Shown: positions 38,714 through 48,270 of the stretch, in pieces | Layout of the letters: each line of letters begins with the position of its first letter | Position numbering within the stretch: position 1 is the first letter of the stretch | Assembly (NCBI GenBank): GCA_944383245.1 | Contig: CALWOU010000002.1 | Coordinates: 70,417 to 134,416 of the forward strand | Direction of reading: 5' to 3' | From: an uncultured Clostridia bacterium | GTDB taxonomy: Bacteria; Bacillota; Clostridia; Christensenellales; UBA1242 | DNA: 64,000 nt | Made by a program: the position numbers and the translations under genes | The notes under the pieces: model-generated | The model's database searches: none | What the model saw: only the letters and a program-made list of their open reading frames with translations | Told to the model about the DNA's origin: nothing

Positions 38714-38762
38714 AAAATGTGGAAATGTGACTATATAGGTTACAAAATTCCACATTTTTTTT
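38714..38762 (+). terminator. Rho-independent terminator after rmuC
   Basis: AAAATGTGGAA (38714-38724) / TTCCACATTTT (38748-38758) followed by a T-run. It uses the same TGTGGAA/TTCCACA word as the asnS palindromes. Confidence 0.7.
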
Positions 38763-38789
38763 AACTTTTAACACATAATAAGAAGAGTT

Positions 38790-40151
38790 ATGAATAAAAA
38801 TAATCGCACATTCAAAAACTTAACACCAAAATTAGATAAACATAATATTGTTTTAATTAGTTTTTGTTTTTTGTGTGTGATTTTATTTTCAGTTTTATTT
38901 GTTCATATTGGGGAAGTTTATTGTTTAAATAATGAATATATTGAATTTTTGTATAATGGGCGCGTTTTTAACTATGAATTAAAAGAAAACATAAAAACGA
39001 GCAATCAGTTTGATTTAAATTATGAAATCAATAAGTTTAATAGGTTTGATAGCGCTGAAAATAGGAAAAAATTGTTTAGTCATATGCTGGACATCGGATT
39101 TGATAAAGGCATTGCATTAAATTACATATTTCCAAATTTAGATGATGTTGTAAATAAAATAGAAAAAAATATAAAGAAAACTCCAAAAAATGCAAAAGTG
39201 AAAATAAACGAAAACACAAGCAAAGTGTTTATAATTGAAAATGAAATTGTAGGGATTGAGTTAGATAGAGAAAAATTGTATGTAACATTAAGTGAAAAAT
39301 TTTTATTAGATGAAGAATTAAAAATAAATGTTCCAATTAAAGAAATAATGCCAAAAGTGTTGGGTAAGCACTTAAAGAAATTCACACATTTGCGCGCAGA
39401 TTTTTCAACCGACATATCTAATTCATCCGCTGATAGAAAACACAATATAAAAAACGCACTCAATTCGCTTAACCGCGTTGAAATTGCACCAAATCAGGTG
39501 TTTTCATTCAATAAAACAGTTGGAAGAAGAACTGAAAGCAATGGTTATCGAACTGCGAAAATTATTGTAAATAATGAGTTTGTGGATGGAATAGGTGGCG
39601 GAGTGTGCCAAGTTTCAACCACACTTTATAATAGCGCCCTTTTATCTGGGCTTGAAATTATTGAGGCAAACAAACACTCAAAACAAATTGGTTATGTTAA
39701 ATATGGTTTTGATGCAATGGTCAATTTTGGTAGCAGTGATTTAAAATTTAGAAACAACACAAACGAAAAAATCACAATCATCACAAACTACTCATCTAAT
39801 AGGGCGCGCGTTAGAATTTTTGGCGAGAGTTTAGGTTCAACGAATTATAAACTTACAAACGAAATAGTTTCAATAACCGAACCTAAAGTTGAAATAAAGT
39901 ATGATGATAAGCAAGAATATCTTGATAAGATTGTTTATGACGACGAATATTTCCTTCTTCGCCGTGGTGGACGAGGAATGGAAGTAAAATCTTATCGCGA
40001 AAAATACGAAGGCGGAAAACTCGTTTCACGCGAACTTCTTCGCGACGATAAATTTAAAGTGCAAAACGCAATTAAAGTTTATGGCACGAAAAAAAGAGAG
40101 GAAAATTCCACTCTTTTAGAAAATTACGAGCCTCAAGAAAACGTGGCTTAA
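38790..40151 (+). CDS. VanW family protein (membrane anchored)
   Basis: N-terminal TM. VanW core GGGVCQVSTTLYNSALLSGLEIIEANKHS. Confidence 0.8.
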   Translation: MNKNNRTFKNLTPKLDKHNIVLISFCFLCVILFSVLFVHIGEVYCLNNEYIEFLYNGRVFNYELKENIKTSNQFDLNYEINKFNRFDSAENRKKLFSHMLDIGFDKGIALNYIFPNLDDVVNKIEKNIKKTPKNAKVKINENTSKVFIIENEIVGIELDREKLYVTLSEKFLLDEELKINVPIKEIMPKVLGKHLKKFTHLRADFSTDISNSSADRKHNIKNALNSLNRVEIAPNQVFSFNKTVGRRTESNGYRTAKIIVNNEFVDGIGGGVCQVSTTLYNSALLSGLEIIEANKHSKQIGYVKYGFDAMVNFGSSDLKFRNNTNEKITIITNYSSNRARVRIFGESLGSTNYKLTNEIVSITEPKVEIKYDDKQEYLDKIVYDDEYFLLRRGGRGMEVKSYREKYEGGKLVSRELLRDDKFKVQNAIKVYGTKKREENSTLLENYEPQENVA

Positions 40152-40152
40152 T

Positions 40153-40659
40153 TTAATTCACTATGTTGGATGAATAAATTGTTTCATTGTTAGGTTCGAT
40201 TGTGGCAGTCGTGCCAGATTCAGGTATTATATTTTCATTAATTTCTTCATTATTTACTATTTCGCTTGTCGCACTTAAATCGGTTTCATCAACTTGATTT
40301 GAATTTGTTAACTCTATAGAATTATCTATATCAGACACGCTATTTGTGTTGATTTCTTTAATCGTGCTATCAACTTCATTTTCTTCAATAAGTGTTTCAG
40401 TGTTTGGCACAACATTTGAAAGGGTATTTAATGTACTATCCACACTAGATATTGTGTTGCTTGCCGAATTTTGAGTGTTTGCTGATGTGATTGTAACAGT
40501 TGTGTCGCCCGAATTGGTGCTTGCCGTGATTGTTTTAATTCCCGCTGTGATTTCGGCAGGGCTTGGGTATGTGTTTGCAACAATCACAGTGCCACCTTTT
40601 GCCTCAATTTCATTTTTTTGGTTGATTAGTTCTTGTTTTAACTCTTCTAAACTTGTCAT
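40153..40659 (-). CDS. Hypothetical protein: conserved 45-aa N-terminus plus a S/T/N/E-rich low-complexity tail
   Basis: 168-aa ORF with RBS AAGGAGG. 9 nt downstream of the 54-aa ORF, so probably an operon. Confidence 0.4.
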   Translation of the reverse strand: MTSLEELKQELINQKNEIEAKGGTVIVANTYPSPAEITAGIKTITASTNSGDTTVTITSANTQNSASNTISSVDSTLNTLSNVVPNTETLIEENEVDSTIKEINTNSVSDIDNSIELTNSNQVDETDLSATSEIVNNEEINENIIPESGTTATIEPNNETIYSSNIVN

Positions 40660-40668
40660 TTTTCCTCC

Positions 40669-40833
40669 TTATTGTCCGTTTAGTATTTTCTCAACGTCGC
40701 TTTCTAAAATATATGTGCCTTTTAAGATAAAACCTAGTTCGTTTTCCACGTTTAATAACTGAAAATATCTTTCAAGTTTTTGTTCAAGCATTGCAATTCT
40801 ACTGATGGCTAACTCTAACATTTCTTCGTTCAT
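40669..40833 (-). CDS. Hypothetical small coiled-coil protein (54 aa)
   Basis: Start moved to ATG 40833, preceded by AAGGAGAGG. Confidence 0.35.
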   Translation of the reverse strand: MNEEMLELAISRIAMLEQKLERYFQLLNVENELGFILKGTYILESDVEKILNGQ

Positions 40834-41039
40834 AACCTCTCCTTTTAGTGTTGTTTTCATAAAAATATACAATATTTTGCATAATATCTATCTAAAACCT
40901 GCCAAATTCGGCAATTTTGGTTGCAAAAAGAAAATATGAGTGATATAATAAAGTATACTATGTGATAAAAGTCTAAACACAAATTTTATGTTTGAGTTAT
41001 AAAGATTTTTCAAATTTAAAGTAAATATTGGAGAGAGAA

Positions 41040-41624
41040 ATGAGCAAAAATTTAAAGTTATCATATGTGCTATTGTTGGTGTTCACTGCAATAATTGTAA
41101 GTTTTAGAACACTTCTAAACTTCTTTGGTGGGGTTGGGCTAAGTTTTGTTGCGTTATTCACAATTTTAACCATACTTCTATATTTGTTGTTAACAGATGA
41201 ATATGTTAAAAATAGAATCAAAGATATGTTCATAGTTGTTTGCGTGTTCGTATTCTTTGAGTTTATGATTTACATTGTGTTTGAATTTGGTGTGTCTAAC
41301 GTAAGTGTAATTAGAGCATTTTTAATTATGCAAAATGTGTTAACCGCACTTGGCCTCATCTTCTTATGCTATGTGTTTATGCGTATGTTCCTAGATTTAA
41401 AAGGTGTTAAATTATCATTCATCGAAATTATGCTAGGAAACGAAAAGCGCAACAAAACTCCTAAAAAAGCAAAGGAACTCACAAACGGTAGCCTAGAAGA
41501 AAAACCAAACAAAAAAGGTCAATCAGAAGAAAATCACAATCCAAACGATAGCACCACTAAATCAGAAAACAACGAAACAATTGAAACCGAAGTTCTCGAC
41601 GAGTCCGAAATAACAGAAGAGTAG
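41040..41624 (+). CDS. Hypothetical membrane protein (4 TM) with a charged C-terminal tail
   Basis: ATG 41040 preceded by GGAGAGAG. Hydrophobic helices followed by a K/E/N-rich tail. Confidence 0.45.
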   Translation: MSKNLKLSYVLLLVFTAIIVSFRTLLNFFGGVGLSFVALFTILTILLYLLLTDEYVKNRIKDMFIVVCVFVFFEFMIYIVFEFGVSNVSVIRAFLIMQNVLTALGLIFLCYVFMRMFLDLKGVKLSFIEIMLGNEKRNKTPKKAKELTNGSLEEKPNKKGQSEENHNPNDSTTKSENNETIETEVLDESEITEE

Positions 41625-41902
41625 CAACCTACTCTTTTTTATTATTTTATAATAAATTTAAAAAATGTTTGAAATTGTGTTGACAATTTGAGTTTTTTGT
41701 GTTAGTCTAATGCTAACACCAGATTCGGGGTGTTTTTTAAACGAAAAAAATTATATGTATTTTAAGTTTTTAATCGCAGTGAATTTTAAATATTTGCGCT
41801 TTTTAATTGGAATGATTTGTATTAGTTCGCTTTAAAAAAACTTTCAAATATAATTTTTAACCCGAAAAGGCAAATAAATTTTGCGATATAAAGGAGAGAA
41901 AA

Positions 41903-42073
41903 ATGGCTAAAAAGGCAAAAACTAAAAGAGAGAATATCATTTTAGAGTGTACTGAATGCAAGAATAGAAATTACAACACTTCTAAAAACAAGACAAACAA
42001 TCCAGAGAGATTAGAAGTTAAGAAATATTGTCCTACTTGCAGAAAAACAACCGCGCACAAAGAAACTAAATAA
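41903..42073 (+). CDS. rpmG: 50S ribosomal protein L33
   Basis: Not in the ORF track (56 aa). [67 protein letters not shown]. Confidence 0.9.
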   Translation: MAKKAKTKRENIILECTECKNRNYNTSKNKTNNPERLEVKKYCPTCRKTTAHKETK

Positions 42074-42084
42074 TAGGGGTGAAT

Positions 42085-42519
42085 ATGTCTAAAAAGAAGA
42101 AAAATTCACAAAAGAAAGTCAACAAAAACGTTAATAAAGTCGAAAAAAAGGTTGAGGAAGGTGTGGTTTTAGATGCGGAAAATGTTGAAGTAAACGCACA
42201 GAACGTAGAACTTAAACAAACTGCCAATTCACAAGCACCAACCGAAACGAAAGAGGCTAAAAAAGACGTTAAGAAAGATAAGGTTGTTGAAGTTAAAGCA
42301 AAAGATGTAAAAAAGAAAAGCAAAGATAAGCAAAAAAAGCCAAACAAAGTTGCAAAAGCGATGAAGGACACGGGCAACGAATTAAAGCGCGTCGAGTGGC
42401 CTAGTTTTAAGCAAGTTGTTAAGCAAACGAGCATAGTTTTGGCATTTGTTATTATCTTCGCGCTTGTTTTGTTTGGATTTGATAGGCTTTGCTCGTGGTT
42501 GACAAGTCTTTTGATGTAA
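42085..42519 (+). CDS. secE: Preprotein translocase subunit SecE with a long Lys-rich N-terminal extension
   Basis: C-terminal ELKRVEWPSFKQVVKQTSIVLAFVIIFALVLFGFD is the SecE TM signature. Position between rpmG and nusG. Confidence 0.8.
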   Translation: MSKKKKNSQKKVNKNVNKVEKKVEEGVVLDAENVEVNAQNVELKQTANSQAPTETKEAKKDVKKDKVVEVKAKDVKKKSKDKQKKPNKVAKAMKDTGNELKRVEWPSFKQVVKQTSIVLAFVIIFALVLFGFDRLCSWLTSLLM

Positions 42520-42529
42520 AGGAGAAAAA

Positions 42530-43087
42530 ATGGCAATAGTTGATAAGAATATTGATACCGACCCAAAATGGTATGCATTAAAAGTTTACTCAGGCTATGA
42601 AAACGTGGCTAAACAAAATTTGGAAAACACTATAGAAAAATACGGGCTTGAAAATCGCATTTTCCAAATTGTTATTCCTATGGAGGACGAATTGGTTGAA
42701 AAGCGCGGTAAAAAAGTGCTTGTTCCAAAGAAAATTATGCCTGGATATATGCTTGTTAAAATGATTTATGGCGACGATATTTGGCACGCAGTAACCCGCA
42801 CAATGTATATCACAGGTTTTGTTGGTCCTAAGGGTAGACCTGTGCCAATTTCGGACGATGAGGCAAGGCGACTTAGTGTTGAGGGCGGTGTTAACCAAGA
42901 GGCAAAACTAGATATTGAAGTTAATGTTGGAGATATGATTGAGATTATTGACGGTTCACTCACTAGTTTTGTTGGCACGGTTAAAGCGGTTGATGACGTT
43001 AACAAAAAAGTAACCGCATCAGTTGAAATGTTCGGCAGAGAAAGCGATGTTGAACTTGGATTTAATCAAATTAGAATTAAAAAATAA
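42530..43087 (+). CDS. nusG: Transcription termination/antitermination factor NusG
   Basis: KWYALKVYSGYENVAKQNLE NGN domain and C-terminal KOW (GDMIEIIDGSLTSFVGTV). Confidence 0.95.
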   Translation: MAIVDKNIDTDPKWYALKVYSGYENVAKQNLENTIEKYGLENRIFQIVIPMEDELVEKRGKKVLVPKKIMPGYMLVKMIYGDDIWHAVTRTMYITGFVGPKGRPVPISDDEARRLSVEGGVNQEAKLDIEVNVGDMIEIIDGSLTSFVGTVKAVDDVNKKVTASVEMFGRESDVELGFNQIRIKK

Positions 43088-43164
43088 ACTTTTAATATTG
43101 ATTTATTTAGATTATTGCATTATAATAAGAAAAATCAATGTATAAGATAGATTTGTATAATTAA

Positions 43165-43245
43165 GACGGTTAAATTAAAATTTAGGAAAATCATCAGCCT
43201 AAAAGAGAGATACGTGGGAGAGGAAGTCGACCTCAATTTAACCAC
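43165..43245 (+). promoter_or_regulatory. Structured 5-prime leader of rplK-rplA (possible L1 autoregulatory site)
   Basis: GGTTAAATT (43168-43176) pairs with AATTTAACC (43235-43243). The enclosed region contains GGGAGAGGAAGTCGACCTC, with GAGG/CCTC stems, reminiscent of L1-binding GGGAG...GAC sites. Confidence 0.3.
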
Positions 43246-43266
43246 GCCATAATAGGAGGAGAATTT

Positions 43267-43704
43267 ATGGCAAAGAAAATTAAAGCCGTTGTTAAAATTC
43301 AACTTCCAGCCGGAAAGGCAACTCCAGGGCCACCTGTTGGTTCATCACTTGGTCCACACGGAATCAACCTTCCAGGATTTGTGAAAGAATTTAACGACAG
43401 AACTGCTAACCAAGTTGGATATATGATCCCTTGCGTTATCACAATTTTTGAGGATAGGTCATTTACATTTATCCTTAAAGCACCACCTGCAGCAGACCTT
43501 ATTATGAAGGAAGCAGGAATTGAAAAGGGAAGCGATAAATCCCGCAACAAAGTTGGAAAAATAACAGTCGAGCAACTTAAGAAAATCGCTGAAACAAAAA
43601 TGCAAGACTTAAACGCAAGCAGTATTGAAACTGCTATGAGTATGATTGCCGGCACTTGCAGAAGTATGGGTGTAACAGTGGAGGGCTACAATGAAAAGAA
43701 GTAA
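43267..43704 (+). CDS. rplK: 50S ribosomal protein L11
   Basis: [34 protein letters not shown]. Confidence 0.97.
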   Translation: MAKKIKAVVKIQLPAGKATPGPPVGSSLGPHGINLPGFVKEFNDRTANQVGYMIPCVITIFEDRSFTFILKAPPAADLIMKEAGIEKGSDKSRNKVGKITVEQLKKIAETKMQDLNASSIETAMSMIAGTCRSMGVTVEGYNEKK

Positions 43705-44383
43705 AAATTATATTGAAAGCGCAAAACTTGTTGATAAAACCAAAATGTATGAAGCAAAAGAGGCAATGGAAACTGTTGTGTCAACTAGCAAAGCAAAATT
43801 TGACGAAACTGTTGAATTGCACGTAAAACTTGGCGTTGATGGTCGTAATGCTGACCAACAAGTGCGCGGTGTGGTTGTTCTTCCAGAAGGAACAGGTAAA
43901 TCAGTTCGCGTTTTAGTTATCGCTAAAGGCGACAAGGCTGAAGAGGCAAAAAAAGCAGGCGCTGATATCGTTGGTGACGATGATGTTATCGCAAAAATTA
44001 TGTCTGGCAATTGGTTAGACTTCGATGTCTGCATCACAACTCCAGATATGATGGGTGCGCTTGGCCGCTGCGCTCGTATCCTTGGACCAAAAGGTTTAAT
44101 GCCAAATCCAAAGAGCGGCACTGTTACTATGGATGTAACTAAAGCGGTTAAAGACGTTAAAGCAGGTAAAGTTGAATATCGTCTTGATAAACAAAACATT
44201 ATTCACGTTCGTATCGGTAAAGTAAGTTTTGGCGCAGATAGATTGTTAAATAACTTAACCACTGTTATGGGTGCTATTATTAAAGCAAAACCAGCAGCAG
44301 CAAAAGGAACATACATCAAGTCTGTTTACACTGCAACAACTATGGGCCCAAGCATCAAAATCAACTACAGCGAAAACAAATAA
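43691..44383 (+). CDS. rplA: 50S ribosomal protein L1
   Basis: 230 aa. [24 protein letters not shown]... Overlaps the rplK stop. Confidence 0.97.
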   Translation: MKRSKNYIESAKLVDKTKMYEAKEAMETVVSTSKAKFDETVELHVKLGVDGRNADQQVRGVVVLPEGTGKSVRVLVIAKGDKAEEAKKAGADIVGDDDVIAKIMSGNWLDFDVCITTPDMMGALGRCARILGPKGLMPNPKSGTVTMDVTKAVKDVKAGKVEYRLDKQNIIHVRIGKVSFGADRLLNNLTTVMGAIIKAKPAAAKGTYIKSVYTATTMGPSIKINYSENK

Positions 44384-44391
44384 TAAAATAA

Positions 44392-44421
44392 AAAGTCCTA
44401 ATATTTAATTAGGGCTTTTTT
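44392..44421 (+). terminator. Rho-independent terminator after rplA
   Basis: GTCCTAAT / ATTAGGGC followed by a T-run. Confidence 0.7.
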
Positions 44422-44494
44422 AATTCAAAGAAAAAACATATTAAAAATTTTTAATAAACAATTTTATTACAATTTAAGAAATAAAAATAACAAA

Positions 44495-44543
44495 AATAAA
44501 AAAAGAAGTGAATTTGAAGTGGATACCTTTGGGGTTCACTTCT
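44495..44543 (-). terminator. Rho-independent terminator (minus strand) after the lipoprotein gene
   Basis: AGAAGTGAA (44504-44512) / TTCACTTCT (44535-44543). T-run on the minus strand. Confidence 0.6.
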
Positions 44544-44568
44544 ATTTAGCTCACTTCTTTTTATTTTA

Positions 44569-46083
44569 TTATTCTTGTGGTGCTACAACAACTTCATAAA
44601 CATCACTAGTGTTGACTTTTAATTGAGTTGTGTAACCTTCTGGTACGAAACTAGTGTTAGGACCTTCAGCTAAATTGTTTGCTGGGTCAAAGTTATGGAA
44701 TGTTCCACCAGTTACTGTTATCTTTGAATTTTCAAGATTTGAATCTTGGATATTTAAAGTAAATCTATAATCACTATTTCCGTCATCGCTAAGTTGTTGA
44801 ATGGAATATTCTCCGCCTTTAATTTCAGCAGTTCCTTCGTAAACATACACAGCACTAATATTACCAATAAATCTTCCGTTTTCTATAACTAGTTTGCCAC
44901 CGTCAATTACGTCACAAGCATAGCAGTCATTTTCAAGCGCATGGATAGTTCCGTTACCTGTAACAGTTAAGTTACCATTTGCTCTAACAGAAATTATAGA
45001 CCAAGAATTTGTATCTAAATTGTAAATGTTTGTTTCGTTTGAGATAGTTTTGCCATTTAAGTCAAGTGTAAAAGTTCTTGATACTTGAAGAGTGTTTTCA
45101 ACAACAATATTATCTGTAAGTTTAACTATATCAGCATCACCTGAAATAGCGCTTACTAATTGTTCTTCAGTTGAAACTTCAATTGCAGTAACGACATTAA
45201 TGTTTAATTTAACATTTGCAACTGCATCTTGATTTGTGATGTAGATTGAATAGTCATAAACTGCATCATCATACTTTTCAGTATTTACTTGATTGAAATC
45301 TTCCTCCCAACCAACTGCGTAAAGATATGAGCAGTAACCATTTGAACCTTTAACAGGTTGAACCATGCCATAACCATTGAATTCACCATTCAATAATCTT
45401 TTTGTGATAATAACATCGTTTGCAGTTGCATCTTCGTAATAAAGACCAGCATATTCTTTACCACTTCTAATGTTTAAAGTATATTCAGTGTCTGAAACTT
45501 TTTTTGCTTCACTTGAAGCACCATCATTAAATGCTACGTTAGTAAGGTTAATAGATGTTGCAGTAGTGTCTAAATCAAAATTAAATTCATTATTGTTGAT
45601 TTTGATTTTAGCATTTTCAACCGCTTCAAATGCTACAACAGGAGCTGCAACATAAAGTTTATTTTCTTGAACATAGAATACTTTATCTAGAAGTTGATTT
45701 GAATTACCAATAGATAGATAGAAAGTTTGGTCAGCCTTGAAAGTTAAATTACCAAAAGATATAGAGTTTACTTGATCTATGTTTGACATTGTTCCAAGTT
45801 CAACATAATATGTAAATCCATCAATTTTTTCTTGAACTTCCGCAACTGAATAAGTAGTTTTTTTACCTAAGTCAGTAGTGTTGTTATAAACATTTTCAAC
45901 TAGATTGTCTATAACTGCATTAGTGTTTGTTTTAACATTGCTAGATGTTTGAAAACTTGCAGAAGGCGTTGGTGTTACTGGTGGTTCTTCGTCATCACCA
46001 CAAGCCGTGAGCATAAATAAACTAATAGTTAAAAGAATAATTGTGGCTAAAATACTAAGTGATTTTTTTAAAGTTTTTGACAT
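44569..46083 (-). CDS. Lipoprotein with a C-terminal beta-helix-like repeat region
   Basis: Lipobox FMLTACGDD. The C-terminal third has G/N/T-rich repeats (NGNLTVTGNGTI..., GGKLVIENGRFIGN..., ITVTGGTF) suggesting a right-handed beta-helix. Confidence 0.5.
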   Translation of the reverse strand: MSKTLKKSLSILATIILLTISLFMLTACGDDEEPPVTPTPSASFQTSSNVKTNTNAVIDNLVENVYNNTTDLGKKTTYSVAEVQEKIDGFTYYVELGTMSNIDQVNSISFGNLTFKADQTFYLSIGNSNQLLDKVFYVQENKLYVAAPVVAFEAVENAKIKINNNEFNFDLDTTATSINLTNVAFNDGASSEAKKVSDTEYTLNIRSGKEYAGLYYEDATANDVIITKRLLNGEFNGYGMVQPVKGSNGYCSYLYAVGWEEDFNQVNTEKYDDAVYDYSIYITNQDAVANVKLNINVVTAIEVSTEEQLVSAISGDADIVKLTDNIVVENTLQVSRTFTLDLNGKTISNETNIYNLDTNSWSIISVRANGNLTVTGNGTIHALENDCYACDVIDGGKLVIENGRFIGNISAVYVYEGTAEIKGGEYSIQQLSDDGNSDYRFTLNIQDSNLENSKITVTGGTFHNFDPANNLAEGPNTSFVPEGYTTQLKVNTSDVYEVVVAPQE

Positions 46084-46223
46084 AAATTTTTTCCTCCCTA
46101 AATTAATTTTATATAAAAATAAATTTTATATATGATTAGTATATTACTTTTCGATAAAATTAGTCAAGCATTTTACGAAAGTTTATAGATAAATCATAAA
46201 AATATATTTTTATACATATTTAT

Positions 46224-46252
46224 ATTATAATCTTACAGTTGTAAGAAGTCAA
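46224..46252 (-). promoter_or_regulatory. Consensus minus-strand promoter with a palindromic operator in its spacer
   Basis: Minus strand TTGACT (46252-46247), 17-nt spacer, TATAAT (46229-46224). The spacer contains CTTACA-GT-TGTAAG (46232-45). Further TTGTAAG/TTGTAAT words lie at about 46266 and 46277. Confidence 0.55.
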
Positions 46253-46288
46253 GCATTTTTCTCACATTTGTAAGAAAATTGTAATAAT

Positions 46289-46495
46289 ATGGAGAATAAA
46301 TTTGCATTAAGGCTAAAAGAATTGAGGCAAGAGAGAGGAATTGGTCAAATTGAACTTGCCAAAAAGTTAGAGGTTAGCAAGGGAATAATAAGTTTGTGGG
46401 AGAACGGATTAAGAGAACCGAATATGTATTCTCTTATTAAACTTGCTAAGTTTTTTTGTGTTACAATTGATTATTTAGTTGGATTAGAAGATTAA
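46289..46495 (+). CDS. XRE-family HTH transcriptional regulator (68 aa)
   Basis: LKELRQERGIGQIELAKKLEVSKGIISLWENGLREP is a Cro/C1 HTH. Confidence 0.85.
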   Translation: MENKFALRLKELRQERGIGQIELAKKLEVSKGIISLWENGLREPNMYSLIKLAKFFCVTIDYLVGLED

Positions 46496-46614
46496 AATAT
46501 AATACCGTTTATTAAAAAAGGATAGTGGCAAATTTGTCATTATCCTTTTGTTGCTAATATATAATTGTTAATATAATATAAAGATATTAAAATTTTATTG
46601 ATTTATTTATTATA

Positions 46615-48270
46615 TTATTGATTAAGATTTAAAACGAATAAATTTAATCTGTTTTTACATTCGGTTGTGCCGAGGATTTTCATAATTTCGAATAGGTTTG
46701 GGCTATCGGTTCGCCCGGTGATTGCAAGGCGAACTAATTTTGATGCGTCTGTTATATTTCCAGCATACATTTCAGGATTTTGTTTGTAAGTTTTATTGTC
46801 CACGAAATTAAATGAGAAAGCCACCTGTTTTAAATTTTCAAACCATTCAGCATTGTCAGATAATTGACCATGTTGTTCGCTATATTTTTTTATAAAGTTT
46901 TTTGCAATTTGTTTATCTATGTTGCCAACGTCTATATCTGAAAGCTTAAAATTAGGCAAAATGTAGTTATAAAGTGATAAAATTTCGCTAAAATATGTTA
47001 TGTCCTTTCTTGGTCTATCTCCACCGCGGTCAATAGACAAAACTTTTATTAGTACGTCTTTATTTTCTTCTAAAACCTTTAAATCGTCCTTATTCCATTC
47101 GCGCGCCCAAGTGATTGCGTTATTGTAGACTTCTTCGGCGGAGTAGTGCGAGATTATTGTTTTTGAAATATTGTCTAATTTCATAAAGTCAAATAGAGGG
47201 TTAGTAACACCTATTTTTTTAAGGCTAAATGGAAATTTGGTGTATGGTAAATCTGGATTATTTTTCCTCCACATCTCAAAATCACTATTAAGTAAGGTTA
47301 ATAAATATTCGATAATTGCGTTAATAGGGTAACCTTTGTTTAAGAAGAAACGAACGTCTGCAAAACTATCTTTTCGCTTGCTAATTTTTCGCTTGTTTCC
47401 GTTTTCATCTAGTACGCAAATGTTAGGAGTGTGCGCGTATTTAAATGGAGCGAAACCAAACGCACGCGACAACTCAATATGAACAGGAAGTGATTGATAC
47501 CATTCTTGCCCGCGAACAATGATTGAAGTGTGCATAAGAGTGTCATCCACAATGTGCGCGAACGCATAAACAGGCACTCCGTTTGATTTTATAAGCACGT
47601 CATCACGCGCATTTTCTCTCAATTCTTTTTTACCTTTAATGGCATCAACAAATTCGTGAGTTTTATTACTATCTCCAACAGACAAAAGTCGAAGAGCAAA
47701 TTTTTTTCCTTGTTTTAAATTTTCTTTAATCTCGTCAATCGTTAGATTTCTACAAGAGTCGTGATCAATCAAATTGTCATTTTCGCTTAATTCTTCCTCG
47801 CGTTTACGCTTTATTTCTTCTAAATTTTCACTATCTTTACAAAAACACGGAAAAGCGCGCCCGCGTTTAACTAATTCGTGCGCAAACGCGTGATAAATTT
47901 CAATTCTATCAGACTGCTTGTATGGTCCATAATTTCCAATTTCAGGATTTGCGCCTCTATAACCTTCATCAGGAGTTAAACCTAATCTTGTTAGCATATC
48001 GTATGCAATTTCGCCTGCGTAATCAACTTCGCGCTTTGAATCAGTGTCCTCTAAACGTAAATAAAAAATTCCATTGGTTTCATTTGCTAGCATTCTGTGC
48101 ACTATAGATTGATAAACTTGACCAATATGAAGATATCCTGTAGGGCTAGGGCCAAGGCGAGTAACTTCTCCAGACACGTTTCTTTTTGGATATTTGTTTA
48201 AATAAAAACTTATATCCTGACACTCAGGATATAAGAGGTTAGCGAGTTCAATATATTCTTTTTCAGTCAT
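46615..48270 (-). CDS. gltX: Glutamate--tRNA ligase
   Basis: PSPTGYLHIGQ (HIGH) and KISKRK (KMSKS). 551 aa. The start overlaps the stop of the upstream gene. Confidence 0.9.
   Translation of the reverse strand: MTEKEYIELANLLYPECQDISFYLNKYPKRNVSGEVTRLGPSPTGYLHIGQVYQSIVHRMLANETNGIFYLRLEDTDSKREVDYAGEIAYDMLTRLGLTPDEGYRGANPEIGNYGPYKQSDRIEIYHAFAHELVKRGRAFPCFCKDSENLEEIKRKREEELSENDNLIDHDSCRNLTIDEIKENLKQGKKFALRLLSVGDSNKTHEFVDAIKGKKELRENARDDVLIKSNGVPVYAFAHIVDDTLMHTSIIVRGQEWYQSLPVHIELSRAFGFAPFKYAHTPNICVLDENGNKRKISKRKDSFADVRFFLNKGYPINAIIEYLLTLLNSDFEMWRKNNPDLPYTKFPFSLKKIGVTNPLFDFMKLDNISKTIISHYSAEEVYNNAITWAREWNKDDLKVLEENKDVLIKVLSIDRGGDRPRKDITYFSEILSLYNYILPNFKLSDIDVGNIDKQIAKNFIKKYSEQHGQLSDNAEWFENLKQVAFSFNFVDNKTYKQNPEMYAGNITDASKLVRLAITGRTDSPNLFEIMKILGTTECKNRLNLFVLNLNQ

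Noticed and set aside
42066-42578. 170-aa ORF 42066-42578 (-), and similar antisense ORFs inside rplK/rplA (43299-43655, 43708-44199), the ATPase (21717-22088 etc.), spoIIE (31389-31880), pheST and pth (58400-58909)
   Set aside because: They are shadow ORFs on the strand opposite to well-supported conserved genes. They lack an RBS and have low-complexity or implausible composition.
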